A DNA stretch of 63,370 nt from Fibrobacter succinogenes (GTDB taxonomy: Bacteria > Fibrobacterota > Fibrobacteria > Fibrobacterales > Fibrobacteraceae). The notes below the pieces were generated by a model that made no database searches, was not told the origin of the DNA, and saw only the letters and a program-made list of their open reading frames with translations. The translations under genes were made by a program, and so were the position numbers. The stretch spans positions 1 through 63,370 of the forward strand of contig CACXIR010000004.1 of the NCBI GenBank assembly GCA_902767785.1, in the 5' to 3' direction. Shown here in pieces: positions 28,891-39,664 of the stretch (the first letter of the stretch is position 1; every line of letters begins with the position of its first letter).

Positions 28891-31800
28891 ATGCAACAAC
28901 AGCCTGATTACAGAGAGATTCCGACATCGCAGATTCCGGCGATGCGTTTGCTGGCGAATCTCGGTTTTAAGCCGCTTATGCCCGAAGAGGTGATGCTGGA
29001 ACGCAAGGGAAAACTTGCGAACGTGTTGCTCGAAGATATTCTGCTTTCGCAGTTGCGTAAGTTAAATTCGTTTACGCACAAGGGTGTCCGTCGTGACTTT
29101 AGCGAAGAGAATTTGCGTAACGCCATCCTGAAGCTCAAGAACATGCAGTACGATGGCTTGGTGCGAACGAATGCGAAGATATACGACCTGCTCACGCTCC
29201 CGCAATCCGAAGAAGAATCTGTTGAGGGCGACAAGCGCAGTTACGACATCCGCTATATCGACTGGCAGGAACCGGCGAACAATGTTTTCCATGCGGTTGC
29301 CGAATTTGAGGTGGAGCGCTCCAAGTCGATAAAAACCTGCATTCCCGATATTGTATTGTTCGTGAACGGAATTCCGTTTGCGGTCATCGAGAACAAGTCT
29401 CCCGAAGAAGGTGTAAAACAGGGCATTTCTCAGATGATTCGTAACCAGAATGACGAATACATTCCGGAGTTGTTCGTTTTTTGCCAGAGCGTGCTTGCGG
29501 TAAGCATGAATGCGGCGACTTATGCCACCGTTGGGACTCCCGAAAAGTTTTGGAGCCTTTGGCATGAACTGGAAATCAAGGACAAGGAAATCGAGGCGAC
29601 TGTAAACAAGAAGGTCTCTGCCGAAAATGAGGACAGAATATTCTCGGTGCCGAAATTCCAGCCGTTTCGCAAAGATAATCCGCAGACAAAGCGTGCTGTG
29701 ACGGAACAGGACAGGTTGATTTACTGTTTGTGTAAGCCGGAACGCCTACTCGAAATCGCCTATCGTTTTACCCTCTTCGATGAGGGCATAAAGAAAATTG
29801 CTCGCTACCAGCAATTCTTTGTTGTCCATTCGGCGTTAAAGCGCGTTCGTAACATTGATAACGAAGGTAAGCGCAAGGGCGGCTTGGTGTGGCACACACA
29901 AGGGTCGGGCAAGTCGCTTTCGATGGTGATGCTTGCTCACGGAATCGTGCTGGATTCGAAGTATGATCCTGACTGCAACATCAAGAATGCACGAGTTGTG
30001 TTGGTTACCGACCGCAAGGATTTGGATAAGCAAATATACGGTACCTTCAAAAATTGTGGGGTGGAGGTCATCAAGGCGACCTCGGGTGAAAATTTGCTCA
30101 ACCTTATGGAGTCTGACAATTCTGCCGTGATAACGACCGTTATCAACAAGTTCGACAAGGCACTGAACAAACGCCAGTACGTTGAAAAGTCAAACAACAT
30201 CTTTTTGCTTGTCGATGAAGCACACCGCACACAATACAAGAACTTGCATGCACGCATGAAGCAGATGCTCCCGAACGCCTGCTATATCGGCTTTACTGGC
30301 ACGCCGCTGATGAAAAAGGAAAAGAACAGTTTTGGCAAGTTCGGCGGGATGCTCAAGCCGAGTTACACAATTCAGCAGGCAAATGAGGATGGTGCTGTCG
30401 TTCCGTTGCTTTACGAGGGCCGCCGTGCGGAACTCAAGCAAGACAAGGCGGCAATAGACCTTTGGTTCGACCGTTTTACGGCGGGGCTGAATGAAAAGCA
30501 AAAGGCCGACCTTAAAAAGAAATATGCCCGTGCCGAAATGCTGAACAAGGCTGAACGCGTGGTTTATATGCGTGCGTTTGATATCAGCGAGCATTTCCGT
30601 GCAAACTGGAAAGGGACTCCGTTCAAGGCTCAACTCGTGGCACCGAGCAAGGAAACCGCTCTTTTGTACCATGAATTTTTAGAAGATATTGGCCATGTGA
30701 GTTCCGAAGTCATCATTTCGGGCCCAGATGAGCGCGAAGGCTATTCGGAAGTAGGTGAAGAACCGAGCGACCGCGTGACAAAATTCTGGAAAAAGATGAT
30801 GGAACGCTACGGCGATGAAGAAGAATACAATAGGTCGATTATTGATAGTTTCAAGGGCTCGGGTAAGCCGGAAATCCTGATTGTTTGTGACAAGTTGCTG
30901 ACGGGTTTTGATGCCGAACGCAACACCGTTCTGTACCTTTGCCGCACGCTCAAGGAACATACGCTGTTGCAGGCGATTGCCCGCGTGAACCGCCTATTTG
31001 AAGAAGACGACAAGAAGAAGGATTTCGGCTATATCGTAGATTACGCCAACGTGCAAGAAAACCTAGATACGGCTCTGGCTATGTACAACGCGCTGGAAGG
31101 CTTTGACCCCGAAGATTTAGAAGGTCTGCTGACCGATGTTTCGGAACAAGTGGACAAGTTGCCGCAGTTGCGTTCTAACCTGTGGGATGTTTTCAAGGGA
31201 GTCAAGAACAAGGCCGACCCCGAACAGATGGAGCGCCACCTGGCCGATGAAAAACGCCGTAACGATTTTTACAAGGCTCTGCGGGATTTCGGAAAATGCC
31301 TGAGTATCGCTATGTCGTCACAGAAGTTCCTGGAAAAGACCCCTGCCGAAGATATGACGCGACTCCGCAGGGAATTCAAGATGTTCTCGGATATGCGCGT
31401 GTCTGTGAAGCACCGCTATGCAGATGATGTGGACTACAGCGAGTATGAGCCGAAAATCAAGAAATTGCTTGATACGCACATCCAGTCGGATAATGTGGTG
31501 CAAACTGTGGCACCTGTGAATATTTTGGATCCGAAGTTTACGAAGAATTTGAACGGTGATAAACACGGTTACGATGCTCGTGGCAAGGCGGCTAGTGCCG
31601 ACACAATAGCGCATGCACTCAAGAAAACCGTGACGGAAAAGATGGAAGAGGATCCGGCATTCTACGAAAAATTCTCAAAGATGATTCAAGACGTCATAGA
31701 TAGTTTTCGTGCAGGAAAGATTTCGGAAGATGAGTATCTTTCCAAGGTGAAAGGATTGGAGGAAAAATTCAAAAGCAAGAAACGCGACGACGTTCCGGCA

Positions 31801-32118
31801 GAAATCAGTGAAAACGAAGACGCTGCCGCATACTACGGTGTCGCTTTGTCGGCATTTATGCGTGATGGCGAATGTGATGTGACTGAAGCTAAACGAATTG
31901 CCGTAAAAATGGCTTTGTTTGCGATTGAATCTTTTGAAAAGCACAACAAGATTCAGTTTTGGAATGATTCTGATGCACAGAACAATGTGCGAAACGATTT
32001 GGACGACTTTTTGTTCGATATAATCCGAGTCCGGGAGCGTTTTGGCTGGTCAAATACAGATATTGATTCTCTAGAAGAAAAAATTATGAATGTGGCAAGG
32101 CGGCGTTCGCATGAATGA
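28891..32118 (+). CDS. hsdR: Type I R-M restriction subunit R
   Basis: PDIVLFVNGIPFAVIENK nuclease motif, HTQGSGKS, DEAH, FTGTP, LLTGFDA, QAIARVNR. Confidence 0.95.
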   Translation: MQQQPDYREIPTSQIPAMRLLANLGFKPLMPEEVMLERKGKLANVLLEDILLSQLRKLNSFTHKGVRRDFSEENLRNAILKLKNMQYDGLVRTNAKIYDLLTLPQSEEESVEGDKRSYDIRYIDWQEPANNVFHAVAEFEVERSKSIKTCIPDIVLFVNGIPFAVIENKSPEEGVKQGISQMIRNQNDEYIPELFVFCQSVLAVSMNAATYATVGTPEKFWSLWHELEIKDKEIEATVNKKVSAENEDRIFSVPKFQPFRKDNPQTKRAVTEQDRLIYCLCKPERLLEIAYRFTLFDEGIKKIARYQQFFVVHSALKRVRNIDNEGKRKGGLVWHTQGSGKSLSMVMLAHGIVLDSKYDPDCNIKNARVVLVTDRKDLDKQIYGTFKNCGVEVIKATSGENLLNLMESDNSAVITTVINKFDKALNKRQYVEKSNNIFLLVDEAHRTQYKNLHARMKQMLPNACYIGFTGTPLMKKEKNSFGKFGGMLKPSYTIQQANEDGAVVPLLYEGRRAELKQDKAAIDLWFDRFTAGLNEKQKADLKKKYARAEMLNKAERVVYMRAFDISEHFRANWKGTPFKAQLVAPSKETALLYHEFLEDIGHVSSEVIISGPDEREGYSEVGEEPSDRVTKFWKKMMERYGDEEEYNRSIIDSFKGSGKPEILIVCDKLLTGFDAERNTVLYLCRTLKEHTLLQAIARVNRLFEEDDKKKDFGYIVDYANVQENLDTALAMYNALEGFDPEDLEGLLTDVSEQVDKLPQLRSNLWDVFKGVKNKADPEQMERHLADEKRRNDFYKALRDFGKCLSIAMSSQKFLEKTPAEDMTRLRREFKMFSDMRVSVKHRYADDVDYSEYEPKIKKLLDTHIQSDNVVQTVAPVNILDPKFTKNLNGDKHGYDARGKAASADTIAHALKKTVTEKMEEDPAFYEKFSKMIQDVIDSFRAGKISEDEYLSKVKGLEEKFKSKKRDDVPAEISENEDAAAYYGVALSAFMRDGECDVTEAKRIAVKMALFAIESFEKHNKIQFWNDSDAQNNVRNDLDDFLFDIIRVRERFGWSNTDIDSLEEKIMNVARRRSHE

Positions 32119-32815
32119 GTTGGGCGTTGTTAAATATGGAGACCAAGAGATTGCGTACGCGGTTGAATTCTGCCGCCGCAAGACTCTGGAAATCTCCGTA
32201 ATGCCGGATAGTGCTGTGCAGATACGGGCTCCGCAGGGTGCTTCACTCGACGCAATTGCGCAGAAGGTGGAGAAGAAGGCATCGTGGATTGTCGAAAAAC
32301 AGGATTGGTTTGCGAAATTTCCCAAGGCACCACCTCCAAGGCAATATCTTGGTGGCGAGACGCACTTGTATCTGGGGCGACATTACCGATTGAAAATCGA
32401 AAAAGGTAAAGAACGCTCGGTAAAAATTGATGGCGGGTTCATTAGGGTTGTATCTGCGGATGTTCGCCCTGCTACTGTGAAGAAAATCCTTGATGAATGG
32501 TTGCGTGAACGTGCCAAGATGCAGTTTGAGAAAATTTTCGATGCGTGTGCCGCCAGGTTTTCTTTGTCGTCATCTATGCTTCGCTTGCAAATCCGCGGCA
32601 TGAAAACGCGCTGGGGTTCGCTATCGAAAGGCGGCATATTGACCTTGAACATCAAGCTGATTGCTGCACCGAAAGAATGTATTGAGTATGTCGTGGTGCA
32701 CGAGCTGTGCCATTTGAAGCATGTAAATCACGATAACGCCTTTTACCGGCTGCTAGAAACCCGTATGCCCGACTGGCAGCGCCGTAAATCAAAACTAGAA
32801 AACATGCAGGTGTAA
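32111..32815 (+). CDS. M48/DUF45 (YgjP-like) zinc metallohydrolase
   Basis: MKTRWGS, YVVVHELCH (HExxH), NHDNAFY; usual position after hsdR. Confidence 0.88.
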   Translation: MNELGVVKYGDQEIAYAVEFCRRKTLEISVMPDSAVQIRAPQGASLDAIAQKVEKKASWIVEKQDWFAKFPKAPPPRQYLGGETHLYLGRHYRLKIEKGKERSVKIDGGFIRVVSADVRPATVKKILDEWLRERAKMQFEKIFDACAARFSLSSSMLRLQIRGMKTRWGSLSKGGILTLNIKLIAAPKECIEYVVVHELCHLKHVNHDNAFYRLLETRMPDWQRRKSKLENMQV

Positions 32816-32896
32816 GCTCACATATACCTTTTTTCTATATTTCCGCCCGTTTAGGGCTATGCCTTAAAAACCGTTTGATACAAGAAAAGGAACGCT

Positions 32897-34564
32897 ATGC
32901 CAGCTTTTGATCCGAATGCGAAAAAGATGCTGATTTCGGGAAACGAGGCCATCTCGCTTTCCATGCGCCACTGCAACGTGCAGTTTGCCGCGGGTTATCC
33001 GGGTACCCCCTCCACCGAAATCCTCGAGGACTATTCTGAACTCGGCGGGTATGCCCAGTGGGCCCCCAACGAGAAGGTCGCCGCCGAAGTGGCCCTGGGT
33101 GCAGCCTTTGGCCATGCTCGCAGCGTGGTTACCATGAAGATGGTGGGCCTCAACGTGGCTAGCGACGTGCTCTACACCGCGACCTACACGGGCGTGGACG
33201 GTGCCATGGTGTGGATTGTTGCCGACGACCCGGGTCAGGGCAGCTCCCAGAACGAACAGGATACCCGCAACCATGCGAAGGCATCCGTTTGCCCGATGTT
33301 CGAGCCCAGCAACTCCCAGGAAGCCTACGACTTCTTCCGCATTGCGGTGCAGACCAGCGAAAAGTTCAAGATTCCTGTAATCCTCCGCATGACGACCCGC
33401 GTGGACCACTCCAAGTCCATCGTTGTTCCGAAGGAAGAACTCCCGGCCATGGTGCCGAACTTCGAACGCAATATCGCCCAGCACGTGATGGTGCCCGGTT
33501 TCTCCAAGCCGGCTGGCCGTAAGCTCCGCGCCAAGATGGACGAGATGGAAGCCTGGAACGTGGCCGAAGGCCCCAACAAGGTGGAAATGCGCAGCGCCGA
33601 CATGGGCATTATCGTGAGCGGCATCAGCTATCACCATGTGCGTGAAGCCGCTCCGGAAGCAAGCATTCTCAAGCTCGGCATGACCTACCCGCTGCCGATG
33701 CAACTCATCAAGGATTTCGCCAAGAAGTTCGAAGGCAAGCGCCTCATGGTCATCGAAGAGAACGACCCGTGGCTCGCCGAGAACATCAAGGCTGCAGGCA
33801 TTCAGTGCGAAAGCAAGTTCGACCCGATTTTCCGCTTTGGCGAACTGGACGTGAACCGCGTGCGCCGCATTATCGCTGGCGACAGGAATCCGGACCCGGT
33901 TCCGGTCAAGGGCAAGCCGCCTATGCTCTGCCCGGGCTGCCCGCACCGCAGCTCTTTCGCGGTTCTCAAGGAACTCGACTGCATCGTCTCTGGCGACATC
34001 GGCTGCTACACGCTCGCCGCTCTCCCGCCCATCAGCGCGATGGACTACATGATTGACATGGGTGCCGCTATCGGTATGGGCATTGGGCTCCGCAACGTGC
34101 TTCCGCGGGAACAGGCCAAGAAGGTGGTCTCCGTGATTGGCGACTCCACCTTTGTTCACAGCGGTATCACTGGCCTTGTGGAAGCGGGCTACAACCGCCC
34201 CGACACCGGCCATGTGGTTGTCATCCTCGACAACAGCATCACCGCCATGACTGGCCAGCAGGAACACCCGGGTACGGGTCGCCATCTGGACCACAGCCCG
34301 GCCTACAAGTTGGACTACGGTGCCATCGCGAAGACTGCCGGCTTCGACAACGTGTACGAAGTGAACCAGGTCAAGGAACCCGAGAAGTTCAAGGAACTCG
34401 TGAAGGAAGCCTTGGAGAAGGACGAGCTCACGCTCATCGTGGCAAAGAGCCCCTGCATCCTCGCTCTCAAGAGTATTCTCGCCTGGGACAAGGCCAACAA
34501 GGAAAAGGCGGAAAAGGCTCTCGCTGAGTCCGAAGCCGCCGCTAAGAAAAACGGCAATTTTTAG
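32897..34564 (+). CDS. iorA: Indolepyruvate ferredoxin oxidoreductase alpha subunit
   Basis: GNEA, YPGTPSTEI, NEKVAAE, CPGCPH, GDIGCY, GDSTF...LDN TPP motif. Confidence 0.9.
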   Translation: MPAFDPNAKKMLISGNEAISLSMRHCNVQFAAGYPGTPSTEILEDYSELGGYAQWAPNEKVAAEVALGAAFGHARSVVTMKMVGLNVASDVLYTATYTGVDGAMVWIVADDPGQGSSQNEQDTRNHAKASVCPMFEPSNSQEAYDFFRIAVQTSEKFKIPVILRMTTRVDHSKSIVVPKEELPAMVPNFERNIAQHVMVPGFSKPAGRKLRAKMDEMEAWNVAEGPNKVEMRSADMGIIVSGISYHHVREAAPEASILKLGMTYPLPMQLIKDFAKKFEGKRLMVIEENDPWLAENIKAAGIQCESKFDPIFRFGELDVNRVRRIIAGDRNPDPVPVKGKPPMLCPGCPHRSSFAVLKELDCIVSGDIGCYTLAALPPISAMDYMIDMGAAIGMGIGLRNVLPREQAKKVVSVIGDSTFVHSGITGLVEAGYNRPDTGHVVVILDNSITAMTGQQEHPGTGRHLDHSPAYKLDYGAIAKTAGFDNVYEVNQVKEPEKFKELVKEALEKDELTLIVAKSPCILALKSILAWDKANKEKAEKALAESEAAAKKNGNF

Positions 34565-34575
34565 GAGAAGTTTTT

Positions 34576-35049
34576 ATGAGCGTAGTTAACGTGAAATTTG
34601 CCGGCCTGGGCGGTACAGGCGTTATCAAGGCCAGCGACGTGATGGCGGAACTGGTGTTCGAACAGGGTTACGACGTGAAGAAGGCCGAAGTGCACGGCAT
34701 GAGCCAGCGCGGCGGTTCTATCGCTAGTGATGTTCGCTTTGCGAAGGGCGAAGAAGTGCAGTCCCCCATGATCCCCACGGGCGAGGCCGATTACCTGGTG
34801 GTATTCGACGAGACCCAGGTGGTGGTGAACGAGGCCTTCCTCAAGCAGGGCGGCGTGCTGCTGACCCCGGCAGACATCGATGTCTCCAAACTGGAAAACG
34901 TGAAGGCTCTGAACGTTGCCATGTTGGGCAAGCTTTCCAAGCACTTTGACTTTACCGTCGAACAGTGGGAAGTTGCCCTGAACAAGCTCTTCGCCGAAAA
35001 GTTCCACGAGGGGAACAAGAAGGCGTTCATGCTGGGTCGCGAAGGTTAA
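34576..35049 (+). CDS. iorB: Indolepyruvate oxidoreductase beta subunit
   Basis: GLGGTGVI, EVHGMSQRGGS. Confidence 0.88.
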   Translation: MSVVNVKFAGLGGTGVIKASDVMAELVFEQGYDVKKAEVHGMSQRGGSIASDVRFAKGEEVQSPMIPTGEADYLVVFDETQVVVNEAFLKQGGVLLTPADIDVSKLENVKALNVAMLGKLSKHFDFTVEQWEVALNKLFAEKFHEGNKKAFMLGREG

Positions 35050-35069
35050 CCTAAAACTGTGAAGGGCAA

Positions 35070-37138
35070 ATGAAACTTTTCGCCCATTTCCAGAATCTTG
35101 TCCTGATATCCCTTGCGGTATGGGTAACCCATATCGTTTTGCGGGTGTTGTTGCTGTTCCGTAGCAACCCCTACGGATTCCCCTTTGTTATGCGGTCTGC
35201 ATAGACTTCATGTGGATTGTGAATGCCCTGGTGGTGTTCCTGGTTTTGGGTGTGTTGGCGGCGCTCCTTGTTTCTAAGATTGCGAAATGTCCCGATTCTG
35301 GAAGTTGCCCAAAGGTCGCGATAGTTGCGAAGGTTACCGCAATACTCTATGCGGTGTTCCATAGCGCGATTCTGCTCCTTACTTTGTTGGACAACGAGAC
35401 CCAAAGATTCTTGGGCGGTCATTTGACCTTCGGGCTGGTGGATACCTACAAGGACACTTCTTCCATAATCGTGTTCTACGATTATGTGGCCAACGACTTG
35501 TCCGTGCCCTATTTGCAGTTTGTTGTGCTCTTGTTGATGTTGCCTGCGACTTATGGTTGCTACAGGCTGCTCCGCAAGTGGTACAAACCCGGTGACGGCT
35601 TCTACGTAAAGAAATCCGTCATCGCCATGGTGGCTTTTTACATTGCCTCTTACGCCTTTGTCTATTTCATCTGGACGGGGAATGCCCGCATGACAAAACT
35701 CCGTCCCGTGGTGTCGCTGATTTACAGCGACTTGTTTGTGGCGAAAAAGGCGGGTGGGCTTTCTGAAGCGGACTTGGCAAATTACCGCACATCTTACCAG
35801 AATCTGTGGCAAAAGGTGGAAGGCGATTCTTTGTGGGAATTTTCGGATGCCAAGGAAGGCAACGGCCTGCCCCTTTACCGCGTGCCCACGCAGGCCTTGT
35901 TGCAAAGCGAAAGACTTGCGGCCCAGCGGGAAAAGAAACCCAACTTTATTCTGGTGCTGATGGAATCCCAGCGGGGCTACAACACGGGCTATATGAACCC
36001 GCAGATACAGCCTTCGCCTACGCCCTTTATGGATTCCCTGGCGGCACATTCCCATGTGTGGATGCGTATGCATACTAGCGGCGTGCCCACTACGGGCGGC
36101 GTGCTTTCTACCCATATCGGCATCCCGCACCACTCCCGCTTGGCTGAAGCCACGGACCTTGCTCACGTGACGCTGCCCAGCTTTGTCTCTGTGCTCACGG
36201 AAAACGGCTACAGTACCCACTATATGTCGGCAGCGGACCCTGCCTGGGACAATCTGGGCGTTTGGATGTCCAAATGGTACACGGAACAGCATTACAACCG
36301 CGAGCGGGAAGACGATTCTACCTTTATGGACAACGCCATTGAATATGTGCGTGACACGTTGGCCAAGTCAGGCAAACCCTTCCTTGCTACCCTCATGACC
36401 CGCTCCAACCATTACCCCTTCAATTTTGCGGCGGGCATGACTGACGAGCAAAAGAACAGGCCTTTGCAGGAACGTATTAACGTCACCATGAACTATGCTG
36501 ACCGGCAGTTGGCGCGGTTTATTCGGGCTGTGGAAAACGAGGAGTGGTATAAGAATACCTACGTAATCGTGATGGCGGACCATGGATTCCCCCTGGGGGA
36601 AAACGGTGTCTCTACCATGAATGGCGGCGGATTTTCCAACGTGAGTTGGATTCCCTTCATGATTCACGGCGAAGGCTTGGAACCTGTCCGCGATACTGCC
36701 ACTACGGCGCAAATCGACATTGCCCCCACGGTTTTGGAATTGGCGGGTCTTGCGGTGCCCAACATATTTATGGGACATAACTTGTTGCGTAAGGTCGTGG
36801 TTCGTCAGGACAGCGCAGCTGCAGTACAGGACAGCATGGTTGCTATACAAGATAGTTCAGAAATTGCAGAAGGGGTGAACGAGCAGGTTGCCGGCCTTTC
36901 CTTAGGTGCCTACTCCGGTTATGCGGCTATCGGTATGGATGGCTACCGCTTTGTGGCGAAGTATCCGTCTATGGACGAAACCTACCTCTTCGCCGATGGC
37001 GACACCCGCCAGGAACACGAGCTTCTTGCAGGCGGTTCAGATCCTTCGGACAGCATGCAAAAAGAGGGCACCTACTTGAAGGCAACCCTCGATACCCTGA
37101 TCAAGATTTCGGACTACAGCCTGGAAAAGGGGCTGTAA
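35070..37138 (+). CDS. LTA synthase/sulfatase-like membrane protein, frameshifted at about 35189/35190
   Basis: ATG 35070 gives a TM segment ending RSNPYGFPFV; another frame continues AVCIDFMWIV...; LVLMES, NHYPF, MADHG, QIDIAPT. Confidence 0.8.
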
Positions 37139-37157
37139 AGGGCCGACTTTTCGAGGT

Positions 37158-37886
37158 TTAGTTTCCTGTTGGTGCAGGAGGCATGACAACGTGATAAGAT
37201 CCGCCGGAGCATTGATACATGCAATCGGCTGCACTACTCCAAATGCTTATAGTGAGCTGTGCGACCTTTCCTTTATCTTTATTGCAGCTAAACCCGTTGA
37301 TGGGGTGTGTTGTGCAGCTATAGTTGGGCCGCTGGCAGCTGCTCCCGGGAGGGCAGTTGTCAATGGTGCTTTTATATTTCCAATAGCCATCGTCACAGAT
37401 AAGGTTTATTTCATTGACGGTCATTTCCTTGCCCTTTGTCGGGCAGTTGTCTCCAATGATGGCTAGGTTCCACGTGTTATTGAGGCATACGGCGTAGGCG
37501 TTTGTTTCGCAGTCCTTGACCGTGTCATAGTCCTGGCAGGTGCCCCCGTCTATATTGGATACGTTCTTGCATTTTTCTTCTGAGCTGGAGCTGCTATTGA
37601 CGCAATACTCCGTCAATCCCTTGTTGCAGAGTTGTGTTGCGGAGTAGCATTCCAGGGTGAGGGCCTGGCATGTTACCGCCACAGAAGAACTGGAGTTGTC
37701 TTCAAGGGATTCTGCCGAACTTTCGACGGTGTCAGAACTTGCTGTGCCGTTGCTTTCAGAAGAGTTTTCTTCGATGTTTGGTCCGCTGACGTTATTGGCA
37801 CTGTTGCTGTCATCGCAGGCCACTAACGTAAAGGCGAGCGCTACTGCGGCAAACCCGCAAGCGATTTTTAAAAGACGTTGTTTCAT
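37158..37886 (-). CDS. Cys-rich lipoprotein
   Basis: LVAC-DDS lipobox, Ser-rich linker, many Cys. Confidence 0.75.
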   Translation of the reverse strand: MKQRLLKIACGFAAVALAFTLVACDDSNSANNVSGPNIEENSSESNGTASSDTVESSAESLEDNSSSSVAVTCQALTLECYSATQLCNKGLTEYCVNSSSSSEEKCKNVSNIDGGTCQDYDTVKDCETNAYAVCLNNTWNLAIIGDNCPTKGKEMTVNEINLICDDGYWKYKSTIDNCPPGSSCQRPNYSCTTHPINGFSCNKDKGKVAQLTISIWSSAADCMYQCSGGSYHVVMPPAPTGN

Positions 37887-37901
37887 GGCGAGTCTCCTTT
37901 T

Positions 37902-38846
37902 TTAAAGCCTGGTCCAAACGTTTTTGATGCACTGGTAATTGTAACCTTCGACGGTCATCTGTTCACCCTCGTTTGTGCAGGGAGCCCCATCGGGCAATAT
38001 TCCATGGTCGTCGCTCTTGTTGTTGCCGTTGCCGCAATCCATCATGGGGTCGCATTGTTGGACAAATTCTTCCCATTTGCCACTTTGGTTGCAGGAATAG
38101 CGTATTTGATTGCTTGGGTAATCATCTTCTGGATCGTTGTAGGTATAGAGCCATCTCATAGGGTCATTGCCATAACTGCAGGATTCGTTCAGCCAATCGG
38201 TTTTGAGGCAGTATTTCTTGAGTTTGGTTTTTAGACATAGAGTGTAGTCATCGTATCCGCAGTTGGGCTTGGTGGGGTCGCAGTCGTTTGTTTTGAACCA
38301 TCTTTTGCTGATGCACACATAGGTGGTGGTGTTGTCGGTGCAGTCCGTTGTAAGGGTGAAATCCTCTTCGTTGCAATTCCACTTCTCGTTCCCTGTAACG
38401 CCGGAAATGCTGGCACAGCTTTCGGCAACCTGCCAAGTACCGCCTTTACAGACATAGTCGCTGTTTGTCGCGCAGTCATGGGCCTTGGTGCCGTCCATGC
38501 AGGGGGTCATGACGCAGCCTTGCGATATGCGGCATTCGTTGTCCGTAATGTGGGAGCAAGTTTCTACGGAGTTAGAGCTAAGTTCCGCGGAGGAAGAACT
38601 TGTGCCTGTTCCTGCCGAGGAGCTGACCTCTTGACCTGTTAAAGAATTGCCGTTTTGGCTTGAGGCAGATTTTTCGTTGCTGTCGGCGGAGTCTCCGGTT
38701 GTCTCAGAGCTGGTGACGGTTTCGCTAGAAAGCCCATCCAGGTCATCGCTCGAGGGCCTGCTACTGCTGTCGTCGCAAGCGGTGAGCGAGATGGCGATTG
38801 CTGCTGCGACAAATCCGCAAGCCATTCTGTTAAATCCGTATTTCAT
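37902..38846 (-). CDS. Cys-rich lipoprotein
   Basis: LTAC-DDS lipobox, Ser/Thr-rich linker, repeated C-x(3-4)-W modules. Confidence 0.75.
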   Translation of the reverse strand: MKYGFNRMACGFVAAAIAISLTACDDSSSRPSSDDLDGLSSETVTSSETTGDSADSNEKSASSQNGNSLTGQEVSSSAGTGTSSSSAELSSNSVETCSHITDNECRISQGCVMTPCMDGTKAHDCATNSDYVCKGGTWQVAESCASISGVTGNEKWNCNEEDFTLTTDCTDNTTTYVCISKRWFKTNDCDPTKPNCGYDDYTLCLKTKLKKYCLKTDWLNESCSYGNDPMRWLYTYNDPEDDYPSNQIRYSCNQSGKWEEFVQQCDPMMDCGNGNNKSDDHGILPDGAPCTNEGEQMTVEGYNYQCIKNVWTRL

Positions 38847-38884
38847 AAAGATTCTCCTTTTTTACCCAACCCAAATTTCAGCGT

Positions 38885-39664
38885 TTACTTAACCCACTCT
38901 TGGTCTACCTGAGGGCACTTGTCCTTAGGTATGTCTGCTTCTACAACCTTGTGCACAACTTCTGGATTCCTGTCAAGGTCTCCGCAGTAGCTGACCAGGA
39001 ACCGGGCGTATTCGGCCCTTGCCCCTGTCAGGCAGGCGTCTGCCTTAATGTCAAGCACCGTGACGGAGCCGCTCTTGATTTCTGCCAGGATATATCCGGC
39101 ATATCGGCTGTCGGCGTAGATGTTCAGCATGTAGAGCCCGCAGCCTTCCTGTACATTGTCGTTCTTGATATTGTCAATCAGGTTTGGAAATTTCTCGTAG
39201 GCCTCGGGGAAGTAGTATTCCAGGGCGGCGATGTTCTGCTTCACGAAGGGGCGGAATCCCTGTCCGTCAAATTCCGTGGCGGCGGCAGTTCCGGGTTTAG
39301 TGTCTCCGTCATGTTCTGGGTTGGTGCTGCTCTGCGGAGGAGCCGAAGAGTTCTCTATGTAGGTAATGGTGCTTGCAAATACATTGCTGTCGAAGGCGGC
39401 ATTGGTAATGCCGTACTGGAGCAAGTAATAACTGAGGGAATTGGAATCGAGTTCGCTGACTGGAACGGTTTGGCCGTTGTTGTTGGACGAACTTGAGATG
39501 TAACGATTTTCGTCTGTAGAACTGGAGGATTCTACTTCAGCGAGTTCGTTCTGCTCTTCGGCGGTGCCCGCAATTTTGCTTGTGGAGTCGGAACAGCCGG
39601 TACTCAAGAAGGCTACAAGCGTGAACGCGAAGCTAAAGATTATGGATAAATTATGCATTTTCAT
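38885..39664 (-). CDS. Lipoprotein
   Basis: STGC-SDS lipobox followed by AGTAEEQN; overlaps the stop of the TIGR02147 gene. Confidence 0.7.
   Translation of the reverse strand: MKMHNLSIIFSFAFTLVAFLSTGCSDSTSKIAGTAEEQNELAEVESSSSTDENRYISSSSNNNGQTVPVSELDSNSLSYYLLQYGITNAAFDSNVFASTITYIENSSAPPQSSTNPEHDGDTKPGTAAATEFDGQGFRPFVKQNIAALEYYFPEAYEKFPNLIDNIKNDNVQEGCGLYMLNIYADSRYAGYILAEIKSGSVTVLDIKADACLTGARAEYARFLVSYCGDLDRNPEVVHKVVEADIPKDKCPQVDQEWVK

Noticed and set aside
17513-32830. Prophage, ICE or transposon as carrier of the R-M island
   Set aside because: No integrase, transposase, phage structural or conjugation genes; no flanking att repeat found at the right end by eye
36803-36865. Three QDS repeats with 21-nt period in the sulfatase
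   Set aside because: Degenerate low-complexity linker; no sign of function
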